Under the pieces are notes generated by a model. The model searched no databases and was not told the DNA's origin. It saw only the letters and a list, made by a program, of their open reading frames with translations. Positions 55,438 through 64,000 of a DNA stretch of 64,000 nucleotides are shown here, in pieces (within the stretch, counting starts at the first letter, position 1; every line of letters begins with the position of its first letter). The stretch is taken from contig JANQMA010000024.1 of NCBI GenBank assembly GCA_028280285.1, forward strand, positions 117 through 64,116. Reading direction: 5' to 3'. A program made the translations under genes and the position numbers. The DNA comes from Candidatus Omnitrophota bacterium (GTDB taxonomy: Bacteria; Omnitrophota; Gorgyraeia; Zapsychrales; Zapsychraceae).

Positions 55438-55823
55438 GTAAATTATGGAGAACCCTGGTTGTTGATGACAGTGAAACAAACCGGCAGTTAATTAAAGAAT
55501 TTATTCATGGCAAGGCTGAGTGTGAAGAGGCCGAGGACGGCCTTAAGGCATGGAAACTTTATAATAAGACTATGCATGGTGAGGCCGCGCCCTATGATAT
55601 TGTTCTGCTCGATATTGCCATGCCGCGGATGGATGGGGTCAAGCTTTTGACCTTGATCCGCGAATTTGAGAATTTTGAGAAAAAAGAAAAACTACCTATT
55701 TTAGTCATCACAGCCCACAAAGAAAAGGTCGATGATGCTGTATCGGCTGGATGTGACGATTATCTTCTTAAACCGGTCAGTTCTGACGATTTACTGGCTA
55801 AAATGACCACCCTCATAAAATAA
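55434..55823 (+). CDS. Single-domain response regulator
   Basis: LVVDDS...YDIVLLDIAMP.MDG...GCDDYL.KP. Confidence 0.9.
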   Translation: MSKLWRTLVVDDSETNRQLIKEFIHGKAECEEAEDGLKAWKLYNKTMHGEAAPYDIVLLDIAMPRMDGVKLLTLIREFENFEKKEKLPILVITAHKEKVDDAVSAGCDDYLLKPVSSDDLLAKMTTLIK

Positions 55824-55962
55824 CCTTCATTTCAAGCATCATATTTTCTAAATTATTGAAAATATTTGGTTTATGATTACTTTTGTGGACGCTCTTGACA
55901 AACCCCGAAATATAGTGCATATTTGAATAAAGTGGAAAAAACGGAAATAGAGGAGATAACGG

Positions 55963-56550
55963 ATGTCCGATCAAAGCAACCCAAAGGCATTAACCACATT
56001 TGATATTGCTAAACACTGCAATGTGACCCACAGGACCGTGCGGCAATGGATTTCGGATGGGAAACTGAAATCCTACCGGACTCCAGGTAAGCACAGCCGG
56101 GTGAGTGTGGAGGATTTTCTTACCTTTTTGAACCAATACGATATGCCTTTTCCAAAGGATATTTACGGACTTAAACAAAACAGGGTTCTGATTGTGGATG
56201 ATGATCAAGACACGGTCAAAATGATCAAGAAAATATTAGGGCAAAACGGTGACTTTGAAACAGAGACAGCCTATGACGGTTTTTCGGCCGGGACAAAATT
56301 TGCCGAATTTAAGCCTAATTTGATAACGCTTGATATCCGGATGCCGAAAATGGATGGATTTGCTGTTTTAAAGCAAATAAGAGAAGGTTACAAAAATAAA
56401 CATGTCAAAATTATTGTGATTTCCGGTGTTGTTGAAGAGCAAGAAAAAAAGGCGATTGAAAGGCTGGGTGCCAATGCGGTATTCAGTAAGCCGTTTGATC
56501 ATGATGTATTGATGGCAACGATTAGTGAACTGATGGAGACTGTGGTATGA
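55963..56550 (+). CDS. Excisionase-like HTH (HTH_17) + receiver response regulator
   Basis: LTTFDIAKHCNV..RTV..WI..G.L...RTPG.H.R followed by REC. Confidence 0.88.
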   Translation: MSDQSNPKALTTFDIAKHCNVTHRTVRQWISDGKLKSYRTPGKHSRVSVEDFLTFLNQYDMPFPKDIYGLKQNRVLIVDDDQDTVKMIKKILGQNGDFETETAYDGFSAGTKFAEFKPNLITLDIRMPKMDGFAVLKQIREGYKNKHVKIIVISGVVEEQEKKAIERLGANAVFSKPFDHDVLMATISELMETVV

Positions 56551-57701
56551 AAGCAGAAGTATCAAAAAATTTAAGAACGACGCTGGCCAAGATGGAGGTG
56601 GCTTTAGGCTCTATTAAGGAAGCGATTGTTTGGGTCAACCGGGAAGGGGTGATTCAGTGGAGCAATACCTCATTCGATAATTTTATCGGGAAAGAACATA
56701 TCTATGTATTAAATGCAAGCTTTTATGAAATTTTTCCGCTTTATACGGTTGGGGGTAATGATTTACCGCAAGAAGAGCATCCTATTCATAATGTTTTTCA
56801 AAGCCAGGAAGATTATGAAGAGACGTACTTATTTTTGAATGATAATAAAATGTTTGAGTTAAATGTATCAGCATCTTATTTGAATTTTTCTGAAGAAGAA
56901 CAATGTGTGATCTTAACGATTCAGGATATTACTAAACGTAAACAAATGATGGCCAAGCTAGGCCGGGCGACTATGGAAACAGAACTCATGGAGGCTAAGG
57001 TTGCTATTCAAACTGAGTTTACCTCAACGGTGTCGCATGAGCTGCGTACACCGTTGGCATCCATTAAATCCTCGATTGATATTATTAATAGTGAGACTCC
57101 GGGGGCGTTGACAGATGATCAGAAAATGTTTTTAGGCAGGGCCAAGTCCAATGTCGACCGGTTAAACCGTTTAATCAATGACATTTTAGATCTGTCCAAA
57201 ATGGAATCCGGTAAAATTGATATGAATTTTGCCATGACGGATGTAAGTCAACTTGTTGGTGAGGTTATGGAGGGGCATGCGCCTGTGGCTAAGGATAAGA
57301 GTTTGAGCCTGGAAATGCAAATCGAGGCAGGGTTGCCCCGTATTTCTCTTGATCCCGATAAGATGATACAAGTGCTTAACAATTTAATCAATAATGCGAT
57401 CAAGTTTACAGACGCAGGTTCTATCAAGTTGTCACTTAATCATATGAAAGATGAGAAAGTTATACAATTCTGTGTGAGTGACACAGGTTTAGGTATTACA
57501 GAGGAGAATCAAGCAAAGTTGTTTGAAAAATTTCAACAAATCGGCGAGGCCGCGGATCAAATTGAAGGGACCGGTTTAGGGCTTGCCATATGCAAAGAAA
57601 TTATTAAACGGCATGGGGGGAAGATATGGGTCGAATCTGAATTAGGGGAAGGAACATCAATCTTTTTTGTCCTTCCTGTTGGTGAAAGGGAGGGCAGTTA
57701 A
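56547..57701 (+). CDS. PAS sensor histidine kinase
   Basis: PAS; VSHELRTPL, NLINNAIKFT, DTGLGI, GTGLGL. Confidence 0.9.
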   Translation: MKAEVSKNLRTTLAKMEVALGSIKEAIVWVNREGVIQWSNTSFDNFIGKEHIYVLNASFYEIFPLYTVGGNDLPQEEHPIHNVFQSQEDYEETYLFLNDNKMFELNVSASYLNFSEEEQCVILTIQDITKRKQMMAKLGRATMETELMEAKVAIQTEFTSTVSHELRTPLASIKSSIDIINSETPGALTDDQKMFLGRAKSNVDRLNRLINDILDLSKMESGKIDMNFAMTDVSQLVGEVMEGHAPVAKDKSLSLEMQIEAGLPRISLDPDKMIQVLNNLINNAIKFTDAGSIKLSLNHMKDEKVIQFCVSDTGLGITEENQAKLFEKFQQIGEAADQIEGTGLGLAICKEIIKRHGGKIWVESELGEGTSIFFVLPVGEREGS

Positions 57702-57702
57702 A

Positions 57703-58485
57703 ATGGAAAAAAAGAAAAAAATTATGGTTGTCGATGACGATCAAGATCTAAGAAGCAATCTTCAATATCAGTTTGCGGCTAGAGACTATGAAGTTGTAAC
57801 GGCCAATGATGGATTGGACGGGCTTGAAAAGTTAAACAATTTTTCACCGGATCTTATGATTCTGGATTTGAACATGCCGAATATGGGCGGCATTGAACTC
57901 TATCATAAAATTTCCGAGGAGACCGGATCGCCCAAACATCCTGTGCTTATTCTTACTGCGAGGGCGAATACAAAAGAGTTATTTGAAAATTTTAATATTG
58001 ATGGATTTATCACAAAGCCGTTTGAAATTGATGACGTGATTAAAGAAGCGGGTATTATAATCGAAAAAAAGTCAAACACAGGTGTTTCTAAAGAGAAACT
58101 TAAAGCCCTTGAAGCGCGGGGCATTTTCTTTGTCGATAATGATCAGGAATCTTTTAACAAAGTCGGTTTAACTTTTTTAAATTCGGGATACAAAGTCAAT
58201 TCGGCGCAGACCGGCGCCCGTGCCATTGAAAAAATGATGATGGATCCGCCGGCACTGGCCTTGGTTAATCTCAGCCTCGAGGATATTTCCGGTGACATTG
58301 TTATTGAGAAGTTATTACGTATGCCTAAGACAGAGGACATTAAATTTATTCTTTATGTCCATCGCAATGGAGATCACGATCCCCATATTTTAGAAAAGAT
58401 GGGTGAGAAAAAAAGTATTCTTGGATGTGTTGAATATGTTAATCCGGATGAGCTGTTGGATGCGGTTAATAAGGCGTTTGCATAA
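57703..58485 (+). CDS. Response regulator (REC + degenerate REC)
   Basis: IMVVDDD...ILDLNMP; second domain has N in place of the phospho-Asp (ALVNLSL). Confidence 0.85.
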   Translation: MEKKKKIMVVDDDQDLRSNLQYQFAARDYEVVTANDGLDGLEKLNNFSPDLMILDLNMPNMGGIELYHKISEETGSPKHPVLILTARANTKELFENFNIDGFITKPFEIDDVIKEAGIIIEKKSNTGVSKEKLKALEARGIFFVDNDQESFNKVGLTFLNSGYKVNSAQTGARAIEKMMMDPPALALVNLSLEDISGDIVIEKLLRMPKTEDIKFILYVHRNGDHDPHILEKMGEKKSILGCVEYVNPDELLDAVNKAFA

Positions 58486-58496
58486 AGGAGGTTCAT

Positions 58497-58841
58497 ATGA
58501 CAATAGAAGAGATGAAAAAGATGGAAGATAAGACAGTTGTTGTCACCGATGAGGAAGGTGTGCTGACCTTTGTTAATGCAACATTTGAAAAACATTTTGG
58601 ATGGAGTTATGATGAAGCGGTTGGAAAGCCCATGGCGATGATCATTCCACAGAATTTGCGCGATGCGCATAACCTGGGTTTATCGCGTTTTCTTTCGACA
58701 GAGACTCCGACATTACTCGGAAAAACATTAACCCTTAAGGCGGTAAATAAGAATAATGAAGAATTTGATGCAGAGCACTTCATTATTGCGGAAAAAATCG
58801 ACGGTAAGTGGTTCTTTGGGGCAACTATTAAGCCGGTTTAG
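58497..58841 (+). CDS. Stand-alone PAS domain protein (FixL-like)
   Basis: VN..FE..FGW...E.VG.P...IIP.NLRDAH..GL.RF. Confidence 0.85.
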   Translation: MTIEEMKKMEDKTVVVTDEEGVLTFVNATFEKHFGWSYDEAVGKPMAMIIPQNLRDAHNLGLSRFLSTETPTLLGKTLTLKAVNKNNEEFDAEHFIIAEKIDGKWFFGATIKPV

Positions 58842-59931
58842 TTTGGCTTTTTTGCTCTTGACGGCCCACGCCTCTTTGGCGCCGGCACAGGTATCGTTTA
58901 AGGTTACAACCCTTGTGGAAGATTTGGATCAGCCGTGGGGTTTGGCCTTTTTACCGACGGGTGAGATGCTTATTACGGAAAAATCCGGACAACTGCGTTT
59001 GGTCAAAGACGGATCGCTTGACCCGCGTCCGCTCCAAGGTTTACCCGATGTTTATGTGCTTGGCCAAGGTGGGCTTTTGGATATTATCCTTCATCCTGAC
59101 TATTCCGAGAATAATTTGATTTATATTTCTTACTCCGCCGGCAATCCTATGGCTATTGGGACAGAGGTTGCCCGCGCACGGTTGAATCTTAAGGAACACC
59201 GCCTGGATGATGTTCAGGTTGTTTTCACCATGCAGCCTAAGCTTTATAGTCCTTATCATTTTGGTTCGCGTTTGTTGTTCGATGACGCAGGGTATTTGTA
59301 TATTACTTTGGGTGAACGGGGTCGTAAAGAAGGATCGCAAGACTTGACCAATCATCAAGGCGCTGTTATCCGCCTGCATGATGATGGTGCTATTCCACAG
59401 GATAATCCCTTCGTTCATGGACAAAAAGGAGAAAAGCCGGCGATTTATTCCTATGGTCATCGTAATGTGCAGGGGATTGCGTTGCATCCAAAGACACGCG
59501 CCATTTGGACGCATGAGCATGGGCCCCGTGGTGGTGACGAGGTCAATATTCTTAAACGCGGTGCTAATTATGGCTGGCCTATCATTACTTATGGGATTGA
59601 TTATGATGGTAGTGTTATCTCCAATGAAACCCGCAAAGAAGGTATGGAGCAGCCTGTACTCCATTGGACACCTTCCATTGCCCCATGCGGCATGATGTTT
59701 TATACGGGTAATCAATTTCCTGAGTGGAAAGGCAGTTTGTTTGTCGGGGCGCTTGCCAAACGGCATTTGCGACGTATTGAATTTGACGCCGATGGTCAAG
59801 TTTTACAGCAAGAACTTCTCTTAGAAGAACTTAGAGAGCGCATCCGCGATGTCCGCCAAGGACCCGATGGTCTTATCTATATTCTTACCGATAGCCGTAA
59901 CGGGCAGCTCCTTCGCTTAGAAAATAATTAA
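58816..59931 (+). CDS. PQQ-dependent sugar dehydrogenase (GSDH/YliI family)
   Basis: PWGLAFLP, GQGGLLD, HFGSR, YSYGHRNVQG, EHGPRGGDEVN, NYGWP; start uncertain (TTG before signal peptide). Confidence 0.88.
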   Translation: MGQLLSRFSLAFLLLTAHASLAPAQVSFKVTTLVEDLDQPWGLAFLPTGEMLITEKSGQLRLVKDGSLDPRPLQGLPDVYVLGQGGLLDIILHPDYSENNLIYISYSAGNPMAIGTEVARARLNLKEHRLDDVQVVFTMQPKLYSPYHFGSRLLFDDAGYLYITLGERGRKEGSQDLTNHQGAVIRLHDDGAIPQDNPFVHGQKGEKPAIYSYGHRNVQGIALHPKTRAIWTHEHGPRGGDEVNILKRGANYGWPIITYGIDYDGSVISNETRKEGMEQPVLHWTPSIAPCGMMFYTGNQFPEWKGSLFVGALAKRHLRRIEFDADGQVLQQELLLEELRERIRDVRQGPDGLIYILTDSRNGQLLRLENN

Positions 59932-60132
59932 GTAATGTGTCCCCTTAATTTAAATTTAAAAAAATGAAAATATTCTTGTTTTTTATTTTTTTCCAGTAAT
60001 AATAATTTTATAATTTTACGCAAATTATTGAAAATAAACATGATAGAAAAAAATCAGCTGTGGATCGAATAGGGTCAGTTAAGTAAATAAAGGTTGTTTG
60101 AGGCGTTTAACTTTAATTATTAATTGGGAGGA

Positions 60133-61026
60133 ATGAAGAAAATGCGACGATTAACGGCATGGATTATGGTATTTTTGTTTGTTTCGGCATCTTCGGTGCA
60201 TGCAGGTTTTTTGACACGCGGTTCGTTTAGTGAAGAAGGAGGATTTGAGCGCCGCTACATCCCGCCTTTAACCAACATCCTTTTTAATGAATCTCCTTAC
60301 ATAACCACAGAAGTGAGTCTCTGGTATTGGTATCAGGAAATTCCCGATGATAGTATTACGGCCGGTGGTCACATCAATTTAGGTGCTGCGCAGGCCCGCC
60401 TGGCTTTGACAGACCGTCTGGCATTTATTGCGACCAAAGACGGCTATGCCGATTTTAACTTTGGCACTTTACTTACTGATACTCATGGCTTTGCCAATAT
60501 TGCCGCAGGACTCAAATATGCCTTGGTGACTAAGCCGGAAGAGAATTATATTCTAACCGGCGGTGTGCGCTATGAAATTCCTATGGGGGATATTGATACA
60601 ACGGGTTTTGATTTTCAGGGGCATGGTTCAGGGTTACTTGATATATTCTTAAGTTCAGCCAAACATTGGGATAAATTCGGACTTCAGGGTAATCTAGGGA
60701 CCAATATTGCTATTGAAGAGGATAATACCACGCAAATGCATTATTCGATTCATGCGGATTATGAACTTTTTTCAAACTTTTTCCCGGTTTTGGAGTTCAA
60801 CGGCATTACGACAATTAAAAGAGGGGATAAAAATACGCTCAAAATTGAGGGGCATGATGTCTTAAATCTTGGATCAGGCGACTCTGGCACAACCCTTACA
60901 GCCGGTGTGGGTTTCCGTTATGTATTGGATGATAATTGGCAGGTTGGGGCGGCCTGGGAAAAGGCGCTTGCGCGTGATGATCTCATTGATCACCGGACCA
61001 GTGTGAACTTGCTGTTCGCGTTTTAA
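60133..61026 (+). CDS. Putative outer-membrane beta-barrel protein
   Basis: Signal peptide, amphipathic strands, C-terminal F. Confidence 0.6.
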   Translation: MKKMRRLTAWIMVFLFVSASSVHAGFLTRGSFSEEGGFERRYIPPLTNILFNESPYITTEVSLWYWYQEIPDDSITAGGHINLGAAQARLALTDRLAFIATKDGYADFNFGTLLTDTHGFANIAAGLKYALVTKPEENYILTGGVRYEIPMGDIDTTGFDFQGHGSGLLDIFLSSAKHWDKFGLQGNLGTNIAIEEDNTTQMHYSIHADYELFSNFFPVLEFNGITTIKRGDKNTLKIEGHDVLNLGSGDSGTTLTAGVGFRYVLDDNWQVGAAWEKALARDDLIDHRTSVNLLFAF

Positions 61027-61302
61027 ATGCGTTATTTAGTGACTTATTTAACCTTAATTTTTTTGAAAAACAAATTATGTCTTTTCTTTTTGCATAAATT
61101 GTAATAGTATATGGAAAATAATGTAACCCATTTAATTGTAATTGGATAGAAAAATGTCAGGTTGCATTGTGAAAAATAATTAACCTAAGGTCCCTCGTCA
61201 CCACCAGTAAATTAAAGTGACTCGGGATTAATTCGCGTATTTAATTTACACGCCTTATCAGTTGTGTAAATTAAACGCTCATTAAAAGACAGAAAAGAGA
61301 TC

Positions 61303-62376
61303 ATGTGTATGAATCTTTTTGTTATCGGCATTAACCACAAAACAGCTCCCATTCAAATCCGCGAAAAATTTTATTTAAGAACCATTGAACAAGATTATCT
61401 TTTAAGTGAACTCAAAAGCTCGCCTTTTGTCTTAGAAACATTTGTCCTCTCGACGTGCAATAGAACGGAAATCTATATCAACTTTTTAGAAGGGTATGAA
61501 TATTGTGAGCCGGTTCTTAAGATTCTTTTTAATATTAAAAAGATTCCTTATAGTGAGAATTTATGCAAGAAATTTTATGTGTACCAACAGGAAAAAGCCG
61601 TCGATCATTTACTTCATGTTGCGACTGGTTTAGACTCGCTGGTTATAGGTGAGAAACAAATTTTAGGCCAGCTAAAAAAGACCGTGGAAAGAGCGCAAAG
61701 CAAACAGATGTTTCATAAAAGGTTTAATGTTTTGTCGAATATTGCCGTACGTGCCGGTAAAAAGGCACAAACAGAAACGAATATCAGTTATGGCGGCTCA
61801 TCGGTGAGTGGCGTGGCGGTGAAAATGCTCGAGGAGGAAATGCAATCGTTAAACGGTAAATCTGTCCTTATTCTTGGGGCGGGGAAGATGAGTGAGTTGG
61901 CGGCAGACCGTCTGGCTGATAAGGGGCTTAATGAAGTATTTGTGATGAATAGAAGTTTGGATAAGGCCAAAAGGCTTGCGAAAAAGCTTTCGGCCAAGGC
62001 ATGCCCGTTTTTTAACCTGCGTGAAGTGCTCATCAATGTTGATGCTTGTATTTGCTCGACCGGCGCCCCGCATTTTGTCATCGAAAAAGATATTATGCAA
62101 AATATTGTTGCTGAGCGTGAGGGAAGAAAACTTGTTTTAATCGATATATCTATGCCACGTAACATCGATCCGCGCATTGGCAAATTCAAAGATATCTTTC
62201 TCTATTCTATTGATGATTTAAATAAGGTGATTGAAGCTAATATGGCCAAACGGTTAAAAGCCGTCGAAGATGTGAAAGCTATTATTGCGGCCAAACAAAA
62301 AGAATTTTATCAAAAAATGAATAAATTAACTGCATTGGATAATAGACACAGTGTTCAAACAGCGGCAGTAAAGTAG
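61303..62376 (+). CDS. hemA: Glutamyl-tRNA reductase
   Basis: GINHKTAP..RE, LSTCNRTE, GLDSLV.GE.QILGQ, GAGKM, DIS.PRNID. Confidence 0.93.
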   Translation: MCMNLFVIGINHKTAPIQIREKFYLRTIEQDYLLSELKSSPFVLETFVLSTCNRTEIYINFLEGYEYCEPVLKILFNIKKIPYSENLCKKFYVYQQEKAVDHLLHVATGLDSLVIGEKQILGQLKKTVERAQSKQMFHKRFNVLSNIAVRAGKKAQTETNISYGGSSVSGVAVKMLEEEMQSLNGKSVLILGAGKMSELAADRLADKGLNEVFVMNRSLDKAKRLAKKLSAKACPFFNLREVLINVDACICSTGAPHFVIEKDIMQNIVAEREGRKLVLIDISMPRNIDPRIGKFKDIFLYSIDDLNKVIEANMAKRLKAVEDVKAIIAAKQKEFYQKMNKLTALDNRHSVQTAAVK

Positions 62377-62402
62377 GCAAGCGATAAAAAAGGGGTGTTT
62401 CC

Positions 62403-62810
62403 ATGGCGTTAAATATTGAATTACTCAGATCAAGTTTCAAAGCTGTGTCTCACAAAGCCGAAAGGCTGATCGAAAGATTTTATGAGATTTTGTTTGAACG
62501 TTATCCCGACGTGCAACCACTTTTTGCCACAGCACGCATGGAAGAGCAGCGAAAGATGTTACTCAGATCAATTGCACTGATTGTCCGCAAGGTTGATGAT
62601 ACGGAGTATCTTGTTCCTTATCTGCAAGGATTAGGCAAGACACATGTGGCTTACGGCACCAAACCGGAACATTATGACGCAGTAGGCGAATGTTTAATCG
62701 CCGCGCTTTCTGAGACGGCAGGTGAGCTTTGGACCAAAGAGATGGAAGAAACATGGGTCGAGGCCTACGGCGTTATTAAAACAACGATGATCGAAGGAGC
62801 GAATTACTAA
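62403..62810 (+). CDS. Single-domain globin (flavohaemoglobin-type globin fold)
   Basis: FY..LF..YP....LF...Q...L...LG..H..YG..PEHY..VGE.L...W..AY. Confidence 0.9.
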   Translation: MALNIELLRSSFKAVSHKAERLIERFYEILFERYPDVQPLFATARMEEQRKMLLRSIALIVRKVDDTEYLVPYLQGLGKTHVAYGTKPEHYDAVGECLIAALSETAGELWTKEMEETWVEAYGVIKTTMIEGANY

Positions 62811-62853
62811 GGCGTAAGTGTTATTAATTTAAGAATGTTCTGGTTTGCCTGTT

Positions 62854-64000
62854 ATGGATAACAAAGTTAAAGATTTTATTATTACGACAACAGAAAGTTT
62901 GGAGGAGTTGGAGCGGTCATTAATTGTTCTTGAAAATGACCCTTCGCGTACGCATTTAGTTAAAGAAATTTTTAGTAAAGCACATACCATTAAAGGTACG
63001 TGTGGTTTTCTCGAGTTAGAGAGACTTGAGAACATTTTCCATCATCTTGAGAGTCTGCTTGAAAAAATGCGCGATGAACCCAGTGGTATTTCATCGAGCG
63101 CAACTGTGATGTTAGACGGCGTGCATCACGCCAGAGACATTTTAAAAGGGCTTGAAGCTGAAGGAAGTGAGCCAGAGGGCGATGATACTGAGCTTCTGGC
63201 CCGTCTTGAAGAGGCTTATAGCCGGGAGGCGGACCAAGTGGAAAGACAGGAAAGCGACCAAACGCAGCCCCAAGTTGTCGATAATGATTCTTCTTTAAAG
63301 GATCGTTCGCTTAAGATTGATGTTGAAACGCTTGATAAAATCATCAACATGGTCGGCGAGCTTGTTTTAACGCGTAATGAATTTTTAGAACGCATTCAGG
63401 ATGATTGGGATTCTCCATATTTATCTGCTATTCAAAAACTCGATTTTGTCACATCTAATCTACAAAACGAATCTCTCAAAACACGCATGCAGTCGATCAG
63501 TAATATTTGGGATAAGCTCCCCAGTATTATCCGCGATGGCTGCAAAAAGCAAAATAAAAAGATAACCCTTAAAACAAGCGGACAGGAAACCGAAGTCGAC
63601 CGTCAGGTCCTTCAGGCGATTCATGATCCGTTCATTCATATTATCCGTAATGCGATCGATCACGGAATAGAATTGCCTGACGAGAGAGTCGAAGCGCAAA
63701 AGCCGGCCGAAGGAACTATTTCGCTTAAGGCATATCATGAAGGCGGACATATTATTTTGGAAGTTGAAGATGATGGAGCCGGTATAGACTTTGAGCGTGT
63801 TAAGCAAAAGGCAATCGATAAAAATTTGATCAGTGCACAGGATGCCCAGGAAGCGACGGACCGGGAACTCGTTAAATTTCTTTTTGAATCCGGCTTTAGC
63901 ACATCGGAGGAAGTATCCAACATTTCCGGACGTGGTATCGGTATGAATATTGTTATGACGGAAATTGAAAAGATAGGCGGTTCCGTCGATGTTTATTCTC
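62854..64000 (+). CDS. cheA: Chemotaxis histidine kinase CheA (3' truncated by window)
   Basis: Manual translation: MDNKVKDF...AHTIKGTCGFL (Hpt), LDKIINMVGELVLTRN, HIIRNAIDHGIE, DDGAG, GFST...SGRGIGM. Confidence 0.92.
   Translation, partial: MDNKVKDFIITTTESLEELERSLIVLENDPSRTHLVKEIFSKAHTIKGTCGFLELERLENIFHHLESLLEKMRDEPSGISSSATVMLDGVHHARDILKGLEAEGSEPEGDDTELLARLEEAYSREADQVERQESDQTQPQVVDNDSSLKDRSLKIDVETLDKIINMVGELVLTRNEFLERIQDDWDSPYLSAIQKLDFVTSNLQNESLKTRMQSISNIWDKLPSIIRDGCKKQNKKITLKTSGQETEVDRQVLQAIHDPFIHIIRNAIDHGIELPDERVEAQKPAEGTISLKAYHEGGHIILEVEDDGAGIDFERVKQKAIDKNLISAQDAQEATDRELVKFLFESGFSTSEEVSNISGRGIGMNIVMTEIEKIGGSVDVYS

Noticed and set aside
59041-59799. 252-aa antisense ORF (and the many other short antisense or off-frame ORFs in the track)
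   Set aside because: They lie within well-supported genes and show no recognisable motifs; treated as shadow ORFs.
61167-61184. Rex operator upstream of hemA (TTGTGAAAAATAATTAAC)
   Set aside because: Only the left half-site matches TTGTGAA-N4-TTCACAA.
62829-63923. Minus-strand ORFs at the window end
   Set aside because: Antisense to cheA, which is missing from the track only because its stop lies beyond the window.
1-64000. CRISPR array / cas genes
   Set aside because: Repeats are dispersed palindromes, not regularly spaced direct repeats with spacers; no cas motifs seen.

Overview
Bacterial chromosomal window, moderately AT-rich, with almost every gene on the + strand. The gene repertoire is suggestive of a PVC/Omnitrophota-like diderm, but that is a low-confidence inference. 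Positions 1-44 carry the 3' end of a tRNA-fMet-like sequence. It is followed by a ~15 kb accessory/defence-type island: DUF1016-N/thermonuclease fusion, PLD, a tRNA-like RNA, Fic, lipase-3, a stand-alone voltage-sensor protein, HsdR-N nuclease, SF1 helicase-nuclease, XRE, ORF6N and a RelE/HigA-type TA pair. Next come the circularly permuted ATP-grasp/alpha-E/Anbu/transglutaminase operon (with an ANTAR-type leader), heme oxygenase, ldhA, a LysR-DUF4914 operon and a REP-associated tyrosine transposase (RAYT). The rest is a large signalling region (hybrid kinases, response regulators, diguanylate cyclase), a TetR-thioredoxin-HtrA-RND efflux block, and hemA-globin-cheA (truncated by the window end). 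The most unusual signals are non-coding. (1) A RAYT-linked palindromic repeat family supplies the TAG stop codon of at least six genes. (2) The variable segment of ORF6N is encoded by DNA palindromes that also occur as isolated variant copies upstream of promoters. (3) There are several candidate structured RNAs: a duplicated ~55-nt sRNA, a tRNA mimic with a broken anticodon arm, and a ~180-nt multi-helix RNA. All family assignments come from recalled motifs; no searches were run.
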